Source: an uncultured virus (IMG/VR IMGVR_UViG_3300020049_001346) (taxonomy: Duplodnaviria > Heunggongvirae > Uroviricota > Caudoviricetes). From it: 64,000 nucleotides of DNA. Shown here in pieces: positions 1-10,438 of this stretch. A program made the translations under genes and the position numbers. Below the pieces are notes generated by a model. That model was not told the DNA's origin, did no database searches, and saw only the letters and a list, made by a program, of their open reading frames with translations. Position 1 is the stretch's first letter, and each line of letters begins with the position of its first letter. The DNA lies in IMG/VR virus record IMGVR_UViG_3300020049_001346; one strand, written 5' to 3'.

Positions 1-32
1 ATTCAAAACAACAAACTCAATATACGAATTAT

Positions 33-308
33 ATGAAAAAGCAGATATTTGTAGATGATAACTACGACTACGACTACGAGGTAGTAAACGACAACGTGCA
101 CACGCTAAGCAGGAGCTACGCTTCACAGTGGTCTGACCACGTGAGGGGAGAGGTGGCACTAAAGATTGAAGACGACGGCAACGGACTGGTTGTCAGGTTC
201 AACGAGAAGGGTAGGATCGACTACTCTGAGGCAGAGCAGCTGTTCATCCTTCTGAAGCTGATAATAGACCCAGCGAAGTACGAGATCTCAACCAAACAAC
301 CACTTTAA
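33..308 (+). CDS. Hypothetical phage protein, last gene of the plus-strand arm
   Basis: 91-aa ORF with A-rich leader, converging on the late arm at a hairpin terminator. Confidence 0.75.
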   Translation: MKKQIFVDDNYDYDYEVVNDNVHTLSRSYASQWSDHVRGEVALKIEDDGNGLVVRFNEKGRIDYSEAEQLFILLKLIIDPAKYEISTKQPL

Positions 309-315
309 AGACATT

Positions 316-340
316 AAGCCCAGGTTTACTGGGCTTTTTT
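316..340 (+). terminator. Intrinsic terminator at the convergence of the two arms
   Basis: AAGCCCAG-GTTTA-CTGGGCTT followed by a T run. Confidence 0.75.
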
Positions 341-3300
341 ACGTCTAGCTCTAAAGGCCATTATCTTTGCAAATACTCTAGGGTTTCTAGCCTTCAGCTC
401 TGCGTCAGTCTCTATACCCTCCTTCTTCTTTAAGTCCTTAAAGTCTCCAGTAGTTATTCCTCTAATAACATCCTTTGAAACCTTAGATCTCTTCATCTCT
501 TCCTTAAGGTCCTTGTAGTCTGTGCCAAAGAAGATTGCAGCGTCGTAGTCCTTCTTGAGCTCCTTGTACGTGTCAATGGTAGCCTTGTTTGACTGATTGT
601 AAGCAGCCTCTAACTCAGCATCTGTAATCTCTTTGTTCTCAAACTTTCTAAAGGCCCTGTTGTATATGTTCCTGGTCTCAACCTCCATCTTCTTCATGTC
701 TGAAATCTTAAATGAGAACTGCTTGGCAAGGTCTATATCATTCTCCTTGTACCCAGTAAACTGACCAGCCATCTCATTTAGTGGTGAATCAGACTTAGAT
801 ATCTTTCTGATAGATGTCGCAGTACCTGGCTCAAACGTCTTATAAACTCTTGACAGTATGGCAGATGACTTAACTTCAAACGTGTCAGATGGGTTGTAAA
901 GCTGGTTTCCATATGAGTCCTTGTTCTCTGATATCTCTGTGAACATAGACTTTAAGATGTCTGGATTAGTGAACGGAGACACCAGCTCCTTTGTACCTTG
1001 AATGAACCCATCCAATAAGTCTTCACCCTGCATAGCAGCGTTCAATGGCTTAACTATACCTCCAAACGGATCGGATGCACTAAAGTCGATGTAGCTAAAC
1101 TTACCATCACCCTCCTTAGTTATTAGCACGTTTGAGTTCTTGGACCATGGAGCAACAAATCTCTTAGCACTCTCCTTCTTCTCGTCGTCATCGTCTCCTA
1201 ACATTGACCCTCCTATTAGGTACATCACACCGTACTTAATGGCCTGAGACGCTATGATACCTGACATCCTCAAGGCTCCAATCTTTTTAATCTCTGGGTT
1301 ACTTGACTTTAATTCAGTAACAGACAGGTTAACAATGTTGTATGCTGTCCTTAGTGCCTCTGTCTGGAACGAAATAAACGTACCAACAACAGGGAACGCC
1401 TTGACCAACTTAACAGCTCCAGGAACCCTTCCATAGTTAGGAAGCACGTTCTTAGTTATCTCTGTAACACGATCTTTAACCTCACTCTGTTCAGCTTCTG
1501 ACAGCTTAGAGTAGTCGTTTCTAAACATAGCCTTAGCGTACCTGTTCTTCTCGGTCTCGTACGACACTATCTTAAAGTAGTCATCCTCAGCCTGGTACGC
1601 GTTCTGCGCAAGTTCAGCACCCTTCTTACCTAGCCTCTTAACCCTGTCTATAAATCTATTAGTTGAGTTTAGCTTCTCACTATTCATCCTTCTCTCAAAA
1701 GTTTTATCAAAATCTTCCTCCTTAAACATAGACCTCAACTCACCAAGCACAGCGCTCTGATCTATAATACCAGCCTCTATGTACTCCTGCATCTTGTCTC
1801 TAAGCTCCTGGTCTGTCTTCTTAAGGAAGTCGTTATAGATAGCCTTGGCAGACTGTCTGTATGCGTCTGGCTTGAAGTACCCGTTTGCCAACATGAATGT
1901 TACGTTACCAGATACATTCTTAAAGTGAGTCCCTACAGATGCTATAGTCTTCAACCACTTAACGCCTCCAAGCAGCTTCATGTAGTACTCGTAGGTACTC
2001 TTTACAGTTCCTGAGATTGAGTATGGAAGAGCTACCTCGATAGCATTCAAGATACCTGCAGACTCCTTCAACGACTCAGCTATCTCCTTAGTTGTGTACA
2101 ATCCATTCAACGGATTCATCGTCTCGCTTCCCTCTGCAGCAATTAGAGTGTCAAACTCCTTAGGTCTATTGATGTCGTTCTTCTCGAACAGGTACACACC
2201 TATTCCGTTGTTCCTTACTGTTTTTAAGAACTTGGCATTGTTTATTAGCGATGCAACCTTAAATATAGTCCTAGAGTAGTTCTGAGCTGGGTCAGTGTAC
2301 TCGCCCATAAGCGCTCTAATTTCTAGTGGAATGTCTGTCTTCTGTTTCAGTATTGACACGTCCTTAGATCCAGTCTTTCCAGAGGCCACAAATGATTGTG
2401 CTCCCTCTCTGTTTATTAGGTCAGTTATTGCCTGATTAACCTTCTTCTCTAGTATTAAATCAACGTCTAGTCCACTAGCCTTGGCCTCTTTCATGGCCTC
2501 GCTTAGTAGCTGTTTCTTTAGAAAGTTTCTTGCAGCCTGCAAGGTCTCCTCGTCTACCATCTTGGCCCAGTCCTTCTTATCAAAGACCTCGTATGATCTA
2601 GTCAGATAGGTTCCGATGTTCTTCTTAATATTTTCAGCCTGGTCAACTACTCCAGAGTTAATTAGTTCGTAAGACAGCTTGTCTATGTGAGCTCTCATTG
2701 CGTTTCCTATCTCTAGAAAGTTGTCTGGAAGGCTTACCTTCTCTCCTCTAATGAACTTGTCGAAGTCAGATATAATCTTCTCCTTGTCACCGTCGTACTT
2801 CTTGATCGCGTTGTCTAGGTCGCTAACTAGGTAAGAGGCTATCTTAGACTGAGCCTTTATTCCAGCCTCTATCCCTTCCTTAGCTATAAACGTGGTCTTT
2901 CCTAAGAACGATCTAGCCGATAAGAACTTTCTTTTAAAACTAGACAGTGAAGATATTACTTTATTCCTTCCCTCTCTTGTGAATATTCCTTCTTCTTTTT
3001 GACGAGCCTCTATATTCTTCTTGTTGTATCCCAGTATAGCGTTAGTAGACTCCTCTGCAGAGAACCCCTTAGCCTTTAGGAACGCGGATATAGCAGCGTC
3101 AGAGTACTTTGCCTCCTTGGCTATCCTAACGATCTCTTCTATAGTCTTGGCCTGTTGTAGTCTTTTAGTTACTTCCTGTGAGCGTTTTATTTCTTGTTGT
3201 TCTATTATTTTTATTTGAGACGCAGACTTAACTCTATAATCATAAGTTCCGTCATCATATTTAATAGCAAATCCATCGTATCCTTTTGGTGTTGGATCAA

Positions 3301-6300
3301 CTCCAGCATCAGCTTGTTCTTCTGTAATTACAAATAATTTTTTTACATCTAAATACGCTTTAACTAAATTCTTTCCATACCCTGAAGCATATTCTTTATT
3401 TCCAGAAAAAAACGCATCTGCATCTCTAAACTTTAAATTATCTTCGTTTGTTCCATGGTAAACAATTAATGGATTACCATTATTATCAACAACTTTTGTT
3501 GTTTTTAATTCTGGATTATCTTTCAATACTTTCTCTTCTGTTAACTGTGAGCGTTGAATAGTTTTTACACCAATTCCATAAGGGGCAACTACTTGCTGTT
3601 GCATTGACTTGCTTAACTCCTTATATTTATCCTTAACTTCAGTAGGCATTATATCAAATGCATTAACCTTTATATCTGGAACTCCAACAACATCACCTAA
3701 TATATCATTCTCATATGTAGAATGATTAGACTTTCCTCCAAATCCAGTTGGTTTTAATACCAACATTATATCGTTTAAATCAAAATTATTATCTGCATAA
3801 AATCCATCTCTAAGTTCATTTAGATCTACAATAGAATTATATTTTTCTAATGTATTTTTTAATGGAGTATTCTTTTCTTTTTGATCTTGTACAGCTAATA
3901 AGAAATCTTTTCTTTTTACTGAGTTCTTTAACTCTTCCCAAGAATTTATAGACGAAAGTATTTCATTTATAGATTTTATTTTAGATGATTCTAGTACATC
4001 TTTTTTAAACGTATCAAAATCTCCAGCTCTTTTAGCTACAATATCAATAATACTTTTATTAAATAATTTACTCTTAATAGGAGAACCACTAATAATAAAT
4101 ATATAATCTGATTTTCCTATTAATTTATTTATTTCATTTTCATTTTTACCAGTGGCCCATATTACATTTTTATCTCTATTAATAGGATCTAATGCAAATG
4201 AAGGACCAGCATCTAAATAATGTTCCTTGCCTATGGTTTTATCAGAATAGTTTCCTCTTCCTAATTGATCTGCAACCCAGAACCAAACCTTTTCTTTTTT
4301 ATCAGATATATCTTTCATTAAAGAATCCATATCTATTAGATCAGATTTTTTGACGAATGACAATTCATGATCACCAACCTCTACTTTTTCTTCCTTTGTT
4401 TTTTGAAATCTTTTTATAAGTGTAGGCACTGAAATATATGTAGAAGCACCTTCAGTTATAGCCTTAATATCATTCTCACTAATAACCTCACCAGTGGATA
4501 TCTTCCCAGCTAGTGTGTTGAGTAAGTCTATTACCTCGTTGTCTTTAAATGGTTTGATTCTAAACATCTTAGCCAGTGCCTCTAACCATCTCTTAACTAT
4601 ACTCTTGTTAGCTGGAGACATCTTTGGATACCCATCAGCTATGATACCGATTAACTCTGCAAGTCTCTCCTCATCCCTGATAGTCTTGTCTGTGTACCTT
4701 GCAGCGAACGCGTCCAGCTCAGCCCTTAACTCTGGACTTGCGGTCTTGTAGACAGCGTCAACCATACGGGCGGTTATCTCCTGAACAGCCTTGTCACCCT
4801 TTATCTTGTCTAAGATCACAGCATGGAAGACCTCGTGAGCAACAGTCCTGCCGTTGGCCTTCTGTTTGTTTATGTGAATTACTTTGTCTCCATTTGAATA
4901 CATTATATATGTACCACTAGAGCTATCTCCTACGGCCTTCTTATACGCCTCGTTAGTCTCGTGAACAATAAACTCAACACCAGGAAGTATTCCCTTTAGT
5001 GCCTCCTTAGCGTTGTCAACCTGTGATTCTCTAAAGCCCTTCTCACTCTCATCAAATAGCTTTGCTAGGCCCTCAAGCTCCGTGTCGATGGATGGCTCTA
5101 AAAACGAGTCTCTGTAAGCCATAGCCTCGTCGTAGTCATCAAAGGTCTTCTCCTCTATGTCTAGCTTACCCTCTGGGTCGTAGACCATTGCAACCACATC
5201 TGGTGTGCCGTGCTTTTCTTTGTTATAACCAGCAGGAACTCCATACTCCAAACTAAAAGGAACTCTAGATACAACCCTGAATCCAGCCTTAATGTACTGT
5301 GGCGTAAGGTACGTGTCAAAGTTGTCCAGCTTCTTACCACCAGCAGCTATCGCTCTCTTTAGTAGATCCTGTGCAACTCCCTTGGCCTTTGATGTGGCCT
5401 TCTTAAACAATCCAGCGATGTCACCGTCAGGCTTAACTATAGCGGCACCATCAGGTGTATCTATAATGGTTCCCTTTGCTGCGTCTTCTGCAGATACTGG
5501 ACTTACGGACCAGTAGGCCTCTGGATCAGACTCCTTAGTCTTGTCTAACTCTTCGGAGTACTGTTCTGCTTGAGTCTTTGGAGCACCTGGCTCAGTAACT
5601 TCAACTGCTGTTGCTTGGGTAGCTTCTTCAGCCTCTCTAAGTTGTCGATTGAGTTCTTCATCGTTTTCTAATATTTCGTTTATAGCTTGTCTCTGTTCTG
5701 GCGTCTCTGTCTGCTTTAGTAGAACCTGATACGCAGCGTCCTCAGCAACCTGTCCCTCGTACATTACGGTCTTTCCAGCGTCATCCTTTAGGGACACAGC
5801 CTTAACATTACCGTCATTGTCATACTCGATACCATAGTTTGGTAAATCAGACTGCATGTTCCACTCGTTCTCTCCTACCTTAACCTTACCCTCTGGAGTT
5901 ACGCTTACTATCTCCTCCTGTGGCTTAATTCCTAGTTCCTCTACGGTCTTGTCAGATATCTCATCGATATTTCCAAGGTCGTATATCTTCTTGTTCTTGT
6001 CCTCGAATATAACCCTCTGACCCTCCTGGTACACGTCACCATCGATAGGAGTCTCTAGCTTAACACCAGCCTGTGACTCAAGGGTGGCAGGTCTGTTTAT
6101 AACGTCTGTTACCTTCTGCTCTGATGGTTTTATTTCAACCTCTTCTACTGCTCTATCTTCAACATACGTATCGTTTAGTATTGAATTTTTTAATTCAACA
6201 TTTTCAACAGCCTCTTTTTTTAATCCTTCTAGTAGTATTGCCTTAGTTTCAATTGTTATTTCATCTGAACTATTTATTTCTTTAGCCTTAGAAGTAAGCT

Positions 6301-7744
6301 CGTCTATTTTATTTGTAGAAGAAACTAGTTTTTCTTTTACATCATCAGGTAATGACTCTATTTTAGAAACATCATCTTGAACGTACTTCTTATTTTCAAG
6401 AATTAATTGTTCTATTTTAGAATCTATTTCATCTTTTATTTCAGGAGTAATAGACTGGTTCTCTAGTTGAGATTGAAGATTAAAAATATTTTTATTATTT
6501 TCTTTTATCTTCATTCTATCTTGGTAGTTAACAGTATTCTTTATACCAGTTAGTCCAGCTCCAAAGACAATACCTCCGAATACACCTCCTAGTAATGCGT
6601 CTGAACCTCCTTCAAACACATTATAATCTTGTGGCTTTACTCCAGTAGCTACGTCAACTGCATTCTCAGCAACTTGACTACTCCACTCTTCTACTCCCTC
6701 ACCTACAGCAGCCGCTGTTAGTGGTACTTTTTTTAAAGATGATTTGTAATAATCTATTAGTCCATCCTTTAGAATAGATATAGACTTCTTTTCTCCCTCT
6801 CTTGCTACTAGAGCCTTTGCAGCAGATCCAATACTTGCGGATCCTATTGTTTCTGTAATTGCTTGAGCGAATCCAGATGCCAAAGAGTTAGCTATTCTAG
6901 CATTTGCTGTAAGCTCTGGGTTTTCTTTTCTTAGTTGTTCACTTTTTTCAGTACCAAACAACATTGTAGATGCAGCCAATATCTGAGGAGCCTTTGCATA
7001 AGCTCCGCCAACCATAATTGCTGCAGTAGTAGGTAAAGACTCAGTAAAACTATTGGTTAACTGTTCGAATCCTGCAGTATAATCTCCATTAATAAACGAG
7101 TCATAAACTCCTTGAGAGTATTGTTGGTCTAATTGTGTTGATTTTTCTTTTAAGTCTGATACTTCTTTTTGATAGTAGTTCTTAACAGCATTCCTTGAAT
7201 CTGCTTGTTTTTTAAACTCTTCTGTATCTGGGTTTAATGAAGGTATATTAAATATTTCAGCTATAAATTTTTGAGGAGCAACAGATAATTCATAACCGTA
7301 TTCAGGAATAGTAGCAAGTGTAGCTCCTAATTGAGAAGATCCAGTAGCTAATTTATCTATTAATCTAGAACCTGCGTCTCTATACTCCTTAGGCTTAAAT
7401 TCAGCTTTTATTATTTTTTCTTGAATTTCTTTATTTATTACTGGCTTTTTTTCAGCAGGTTTAGCCTGAAGAGTCTGTTGTTCTTCAGGTGTAAGTCCAG
7501 TAAATGTTTTCATTTTAGGCGGCCCACCTAAACCATCCGAAACCTGTTGAGGTTCCTGTGCGCCTGTAGCCAAAGAAGTATACAGATCTTGAGGTTGTGA
7601 GTCTGATCCCCACAGTTCCTCTTGAGAACGAGGCTTTGAATCTACTTTTTTTTTTACTATAGCGTCTGTTGGAGGAACAAAGTTACTTTTTTTAGACTTA
7701 GTTACAACTGCGTCAGATGGCGGTACGAAATTATTTTCTTCCAT
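326..7744 (-). CDS. Giant polyvalent internal virion/ejection protein (GNAT-like, zincin metallopeptidase-like and ADP-ribosyltransferase-like domains)
   Basis: 2472 aa, last gene of the virion module. Motifs: GDIAGLFK..KGVAQDLLKRAIAAGGKKLDNFD (GNAT-like), AHEVFH (HExxH), VVDNNGNPLIVYHGT..FFS..YASGYG..YL (ART-PolyVal-like). Confidence 0.75.
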   Translation of the reverse strand: MEENNFVPPSDAVVTKSKKSNFVPPTDAIVKKKVDSKPRSQEELWGSDSQPQDLYTSLATGAQEPQQVSDGLGGPPKMKTFTGLTPEEQQTLQAKPAEKKPVINKEIQEKIIKAEFKPKEYRDAGSRLIDKLATGSSQLGATLATIPEYGYELSVAPQKFIAEIFNIPSLNPDTEEFKKQADSRNAVKNYYQKEVSDLKEKSTQLDQQYSQGVYDSFINGDYTAGFEQLTNSFTESLPTTAAIMVGGAYAKAPQILAASTMLFGTEKSEQLRKENPELTANARIANSLASGFAQAITETIGSASIGSAAKALVAREGEKKSISILKDGLIDYYKSSLKKVPLTAAAVGEGVEEWSSQVAENAVDVATGVKPQDYNVFEGGSDALLGGVFGGIVFGAGLTGIKNTVNYQDRMKIKENNKNIFNLQSQLENQSITPEIKDEIDSKIEQLILENKKYVQDDVSKIESLPDDVKEKLVSSTNKIDELTSKAKEINSSDEITIETKAILLEGLKKEAVENVELKNSILNDTYVEDRAVEEVEIKPSEQKVTDVINRPATLESQAGVKLETPIDGDVYQEGQRVIFEDKNKKIYDLGNIDEISDKTVEELGIKPQEEIVSVTPEGKVKVGENEWNMQSDLPNYGIEYDNDGNVKAVSLKDDAGKTVMYEGQVAEDAAYQVLLKQTETPEQRQAINEILENDEELNRQLREAEEATQATAVEVTEPGAPKTQAEQYSEELDKTKESDPEAYWSVSPVSAEDAAKGTIIDTPDGAAIVKPDGDIAGLFKKATSKAKGVAQDLLKRAIAAGGKKLDNFDTYLTPQYIKAGFRVVSRVPFSLEYGVPAGYNKEKHGTPDVVAMVYDPEGKLDIEEKTFDDYDEAMAYRDSFLEPSIDTELEGLAKLFDESEKGFRESQVDNAKEALKGILPGVEFIVHETNEAYKKAVGDSSSGTYIMYSNGDKVIHINKQKANGRTVAHEVFHAVILDKIKGDKAVQEITARMVDAVYKTASPELRAELDAFAARYTDKTIRDEERLAELIGIIADGYPKMSPANKSIVKRWLEALAKMFRIKPFKDNEVIDLLNTLAGKISTGEVISENDIKAITEGASTYISVPTLIKRFQKTKEEKVEVGDHELSFVKKSDLIDMDSLMKDISDKKEKVWFWVADQLGRGNYSDKTIGKEHYLDAGPSFALDPINRDKNVIWATGKNENEINKLIGKSDYIFIISGSPIKSKLFNKSIIDIVAKRAGDFDTFKKDVLESSKIKSINEILSSINSWEELKNSVKRKDFLLAVQDQKEKNTPLKNTLEKYNSIVDLNELRDGFYADNNFDLNDIMLVLKPTGFGGKSNHSTYENDILGDVVGVPDIKVNAFDIMPTEVKDKYKELSKSMQQQVVAPYGIGVKTIQRSQLTEEKVLKDNPELKTTKVVDNNGNPLIVYHGTNEDNLKFRDADAFFSGNKEYASGYGKNLVKAYLDVKKLFVITEEQADAGVDPTPKGYDGFAIKYDDGTYDYRVKSASQIKIIEQQEIKRSQEVTKRLQQAKTIEEIVRIAKEAKYSDAAISAFLKAKGFSAEESTNAILGYNKKNIEARQKEEGIFTREGRNKVISSLSSFKRKFLSARSFLGKTTFIAKEGIEAGIKAQSKIASYLVSDLDNAIKKYDGDKEKIISDFDKFIRGEKVSLPDNFLEIGNAMRAHIDKLSYELINSGVVDQAENIKKNIGTYLTRSYEVFDKKDWAKMVDEETLQAARNFLKKQLLSEAMKEAKASGLDVDLILEKKVNQAITDLINREGAQSFVASGKTGSKDVSILKQKTDIPLEIRALMGEYTDPAQNYSRTIFKVASLINNAKFLKTVRNNGIGVYLFEKNDINRPKEFDTLIAAEGSETMNPLNGLYTTKEIAESLKESAGILNAIEVALPYSISGTVKSTYEYYMKLLGGVKWLKTIASVGTHFKNVSGNVTFMLANGYFKPDAYRQSAKAIYNDFLKKTDQELRDKMQEYIEAGIIDQSAVLGELRSMFKEEDFDKTFERRMNSEKLNSTNRFIDRVKRLGKKGAELAQNAYQAEDDYFKIVSYETEKNRYAKAMFRNDYSKLSEAEQSEVKDRVTEITKNVLPNYGRVPGAVKLVKAFPVVGTFISFQTEALRTAYNIVNLSVTELKSSNPEIKKIGALRMSGIIASQAIKYGVMYLIGGSMLGDDDDEKKESAKRFVAPWSKNSNVLITKEGDGKFSYIDFSASDPFGGIVKPLNAAMQGEDLLDGFIQGTKELVSPFTNPDILKSMFTEISENKDSYGNQLYNPSDTFEVKSSAILSRVYKTFEPGTATSIRKISKSDSPLNEMAGQFTGYKENDIDLAKQFSFKISDMKKMEVETRNIYNRAFRKFENKEITDAELEAAYNQSNKATIDTYKELKKDYDAAIFFGTDYKDLKEEMKRSKVSKDVIRGITTGDFKDLKKKEGIETDAELKARNPRVFAKIMAFRARRKKAQ

Positions 7745-7747
7745 TTA

Positions 7748-9268
7748 TTATTTTTTTGTGTATGTATTCCCGTCAGGACCTACTAATGATTGACCTTTCT
7801 TTAATTTAGCCCACTTTGAATTAAAATCAGACTGTGTACCTGAACTAGCAGCGCCCTTCCTCAAATCAACTAGTCCTGACTGACTCTTAAGATACTCTCT
7901 AGCTTCAGTTGCTGAATTAAATCCTGTAGCTCTTAACTTAGTAGAAAAAGCAGGGTTATCTTGACCTATTGTATGGCTTGTTTGTTTCTTTACAGTCTCT
8001 CTATAGTTATCTTCAGTAATAGACTCTGAACCCTCATATGTAATATAGTCCATCTGTAACTTACCATTTCTAATCTGTAGTTTAGTTATTTCATCTACAA
8101 CTCCAGGACCTCTCTTTATAGGTACGTTTTGAATACCTAACTGTGCTCCAACAATTCTATTTGCTGTATCTTTTATTGGTAAAACATCTCCAAGTTGAGG
8201 TCGTTTAGCCTCCTGAGCTAATCTTTGTGCTTCTGTAAGTCCTTTATCAGATCCACCACGTCCACTACTTGTAGTCTTAATAGGCTCTGCCTCGTATCCA
8301 AGCTGTGACCTTAGGTTGTCCTTAACAGCCTTTCTAGCCTCTTCCATCTGTGCTTGTGTAAAGTCAGCTGGGTTATAGTTTCCAGAACCATCCTTCTTAT
8401 ACACGATTAGTTTTCCTTCATCTGCGGCCTTCTTTTCTTCTGGATTATATAGTTTAGGATCTACCTGAAATGTGCTCTTATATCCACCCACAGTGTCCAT
8501 CAGTACGCTTCCAATTGCCCTATCTGTTGATAGAACACTATTAGCAACCTGGTCTGCCATTTTTGTGTACTCTGGTCTTGCTGTTGGATCTGATACCATC
8601 ATTCCAGCAGTCATCTTCTTGAACTCTGCTATCTTGCTATTCTTAGCAACCTCAGCGGTTACATTAACTTTCTGTGCAGGATCTCCAACCATCTTTAAGA
8701 AACCAGTTGCGCTCTGTGGCTGAAAGTTTCTAGTATCTATCTTACCATCCTTGTCGTACTCAGCAACGTATAGATTACCACTAGCAGGGTCTATGAATGC
8801 CTTCTTTTTTTGCCAGTCCTGCATACTACCAAGGTACTCCATCATATCTGCAGCCTGCTGCCCAACTAGTCCCTTGTTCTGCATGTCCACAAACCTGTCG
8901 TAGTTAGCGTTCCAGTTCTTAGTAACGCCAGTAAATGCACCCCAGGAGTCCTTCTGATTCTGAAGATTCATCTTGTACTGGTTAGGGTCTATCTTGCCCT
9001 GTTTAAGAAGTTTCTGTTGCATTAGAGTGTACTGCTTGGTAGAGTTGGCCGCGTCCTGAATAAACGTACCCATAGACTGGCTATGTCCAGCATCAACCTT
9101 ATTAATCTCTTCAACAAAACCCTGGGTTACCTCATCGATTTCCTTACGCTTTGCCTCCCTACCCTCTTCAATCTTTGTTAGATTCTGTGTAAGGTCGCTT
9201 GCAATCTTACCCCAGTCAACTATAGGGTTACCTGCCTCACCTCTGTCCTTATATCCGTAGTATTCCAT
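7748..9268 (-). CDS. Putative internal virion (cargo/ejection) protein
   Basis: 506 aa, helical-looking, between a small Ala/Gln-rich virion protein and the giant protein, as in podovirus ejectosome clusters. Confidence 0.55.
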   Translation of the reverse strand: MEYYGYKDRGEAGNPIVDWGKIASDLTQNLTKIEEGREAKRKEIDEVTQGFVEEINKVDAGHSQSMGTFIQDAANSTKQYTLMQQKLLKQGKIDPNQYKMNLQNQKDSWGAFTGVTKNWNANYDRFVDMQNKGLVGQQAADMMEYLGSMQDWQKKKAFIDPASGNLYVAEYDKDGKIDTRNFQPQSATGFLKMVGDPAQKVNVTAEVAKNSKIAEFKKMTAGMMVSDPTARPEYTKMADQVANSVLSTDRAIGSVLMDTVGGYKSTFQVDPKLYNPEEKKAADEGKLIVYKKDGSGNYNPADFTQAQMEEARKAVKDNLRSQLGYEAEPIKTTSSGRGGSDKGLTEAQRLAQEAKRPQLGDVLPIKDTANRIVGAQLGIQNVPIKRGPGVVDEITKLQIRNGKLQMDYITYEGSESITEDNYRETVKKQTSHTIGQDNPAFSTKLRATGFNSATEAREYLKSQSGLVDLRKGAASSGTQSDFNSKWAKLKKGQSLVGPDGNTYTKK

Positions 9269-10012
9269 TTATCTTGTAGGTATTTTAAGTGATGATAAGT
9301 CAAACCCACTAGTCGTAGCAGGATAATTATATCCCATTGGGTTTTCTACAGAACTAAAAGATGAAACTACTGGAGTTCTAATAGTACCAGCACCACTAAT
9401 TGCAACTGGAGCTTCTTGCGACTTAAATCCACGTGCAGTTAGTTCAGAAGCAGAGAAAGTCTCTTTAGGTCCCTTTTTAAACAAAGGAGCAGCCTTTACA
9501 ATCTGCTCACCTAAACTAGCAACTCCAGATATAGCACCTGTCTTAGCTGCCTGTGCATTTGCTGCAGCTACCTGTGCTCCTCTAGCACGTTCCTCATTCA
9601 TCCTAGCTATCTGGTCCCTATTTGCCATCTTCTCTTGCATCTGAGTAGACTCTAACGCAAAAAGGTCCTCCCTCATCTGCTCTGTGATTCCAGTCTGAGC
9701 TGCAGTAGCTGCTGCTTGAACCTTGCCAACACCTGCAGCAAGTGACCGTGTGTCAGACTCCTGTAGTGCCTGTAGAGCCTGCATCTGCTGTGCTGTTCCC
9801 TCTCTTCCAGCCTGTTGGTACGCCTCCATTGGTAGCTGTACGCCACCTGCAAACTCTCTCTGGTACTCTGCCTCTGCCTTTGCTGCAGCATCTGCGGCTG
9901 CCTGCTCTGCTGCAGACTGAGCCTTTGACTGCTGAGCAGCTGCCGATAGGTTCATGCCTACTGAGGTTAATGTTCCTACCGCACCTATAACTGTTCCTGT
10001 TACTACTGCCAT
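9269..10012 (-). CDS. Putative internal virion protein (T7 gp14-like position and composition)
   Basis: Gly/Ala-rich hydrophobic N-terminus (VVTGTVIGAVGTLTSVG) followed by an Ala/Gln coiled coil. Confidence 0.6.
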   Translation of the reverse strand: MAVVTGTVIGAVGTLTSVGMNLSAAAQQSKAQSAAEQAAADAAAKAEAEYQREFAGGVQLPMEAYQQAGREGTAQQMQALQALQESDTRSLAAGVGKVQAAATAAQTGITEQMREDLFALESTQMQEKMANRDQIARMNEERARGAQVAAANAQAAKTGAISGVASLGEQIVKAAPLFKKGPKETFSASELTARGFKSQEAPVAISGAGTIRTPVVSSFSSVENPMGYNYPATTSGFDLSSLKIPTR

Positions 10013-10013
10013 T

Positions 10014-10418
10014 CTATAATTGTTTTATCATTTCTAAACATCCCTGGGATCCCTTTACGTAACCAAGTTCCTCGTATATTTTTATTAGACTCTCGTTCTT
10101 TAGAGACACGTACGTGTACTTTGCCCCTACGTTCTTTAGTATATTTCCTAGCGAGTTAATAAGAGTTGATAGATATAATTTTCTATTCTCTTTATCCTTG
10201 TACTCCATATTTGAGACAATGAACTCAACCCATCCAACCTTAGAGTTTGTCATGTAGACAAATCCAGCGCAAACTGGAACCTCTCCGTCATATATAATTA
10301 GACCCCCTGTAGCATCCTCTGGCAAGAAATCCCTAGGAGGTGCTGACCATCTCCAGTCCTTCCACCACTTAGATAATATATCGTCGTAGTCGCTATGCTC
10401 TAACTTTCGTATATACAT
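10014..10418 (-). CDS. GNAT-family acetyltransferase-like virion assembly protein
   Basis: 134 aa; N-terminal IRKL..SDY and C-terminal LIKIYEELGY fit GNAT; typical position between tail and ejection genes. Confidence 0.65.
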   Translation of the reverse strand: MYIRKLEHSDYDDILSKWWKDWRWSAPPRDFLPEDATGGLIIYDGEVPVCAGFVYMTNSKVGWVEFIVSNMEYKDKENRKLYLSTLINSLGNILKNVGAKYTYVSLKNESLIKIYEELGYVKGSQGCLEMIKQL

Positions 10419-10422
10419 ACTG

Positions 10423-10430
10423 CAAAGGTA
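10423..10430 (-). promoter_or_regulatory. Bacteroidota sigma-A -7 box (TACCTTTG)
   Basis: Matches TAnnTTTG, 4 nt upstream of the ATG at 10418. Confidence 0.6.
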
Positions 10431-10438
10431 GTGAATTT

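Noticed and set aside
326..7744. Virion RNA polymerase as in crAss or N4 phages
   Set aside because: No DxDxD-type or T7-like polymerase motif was recognised
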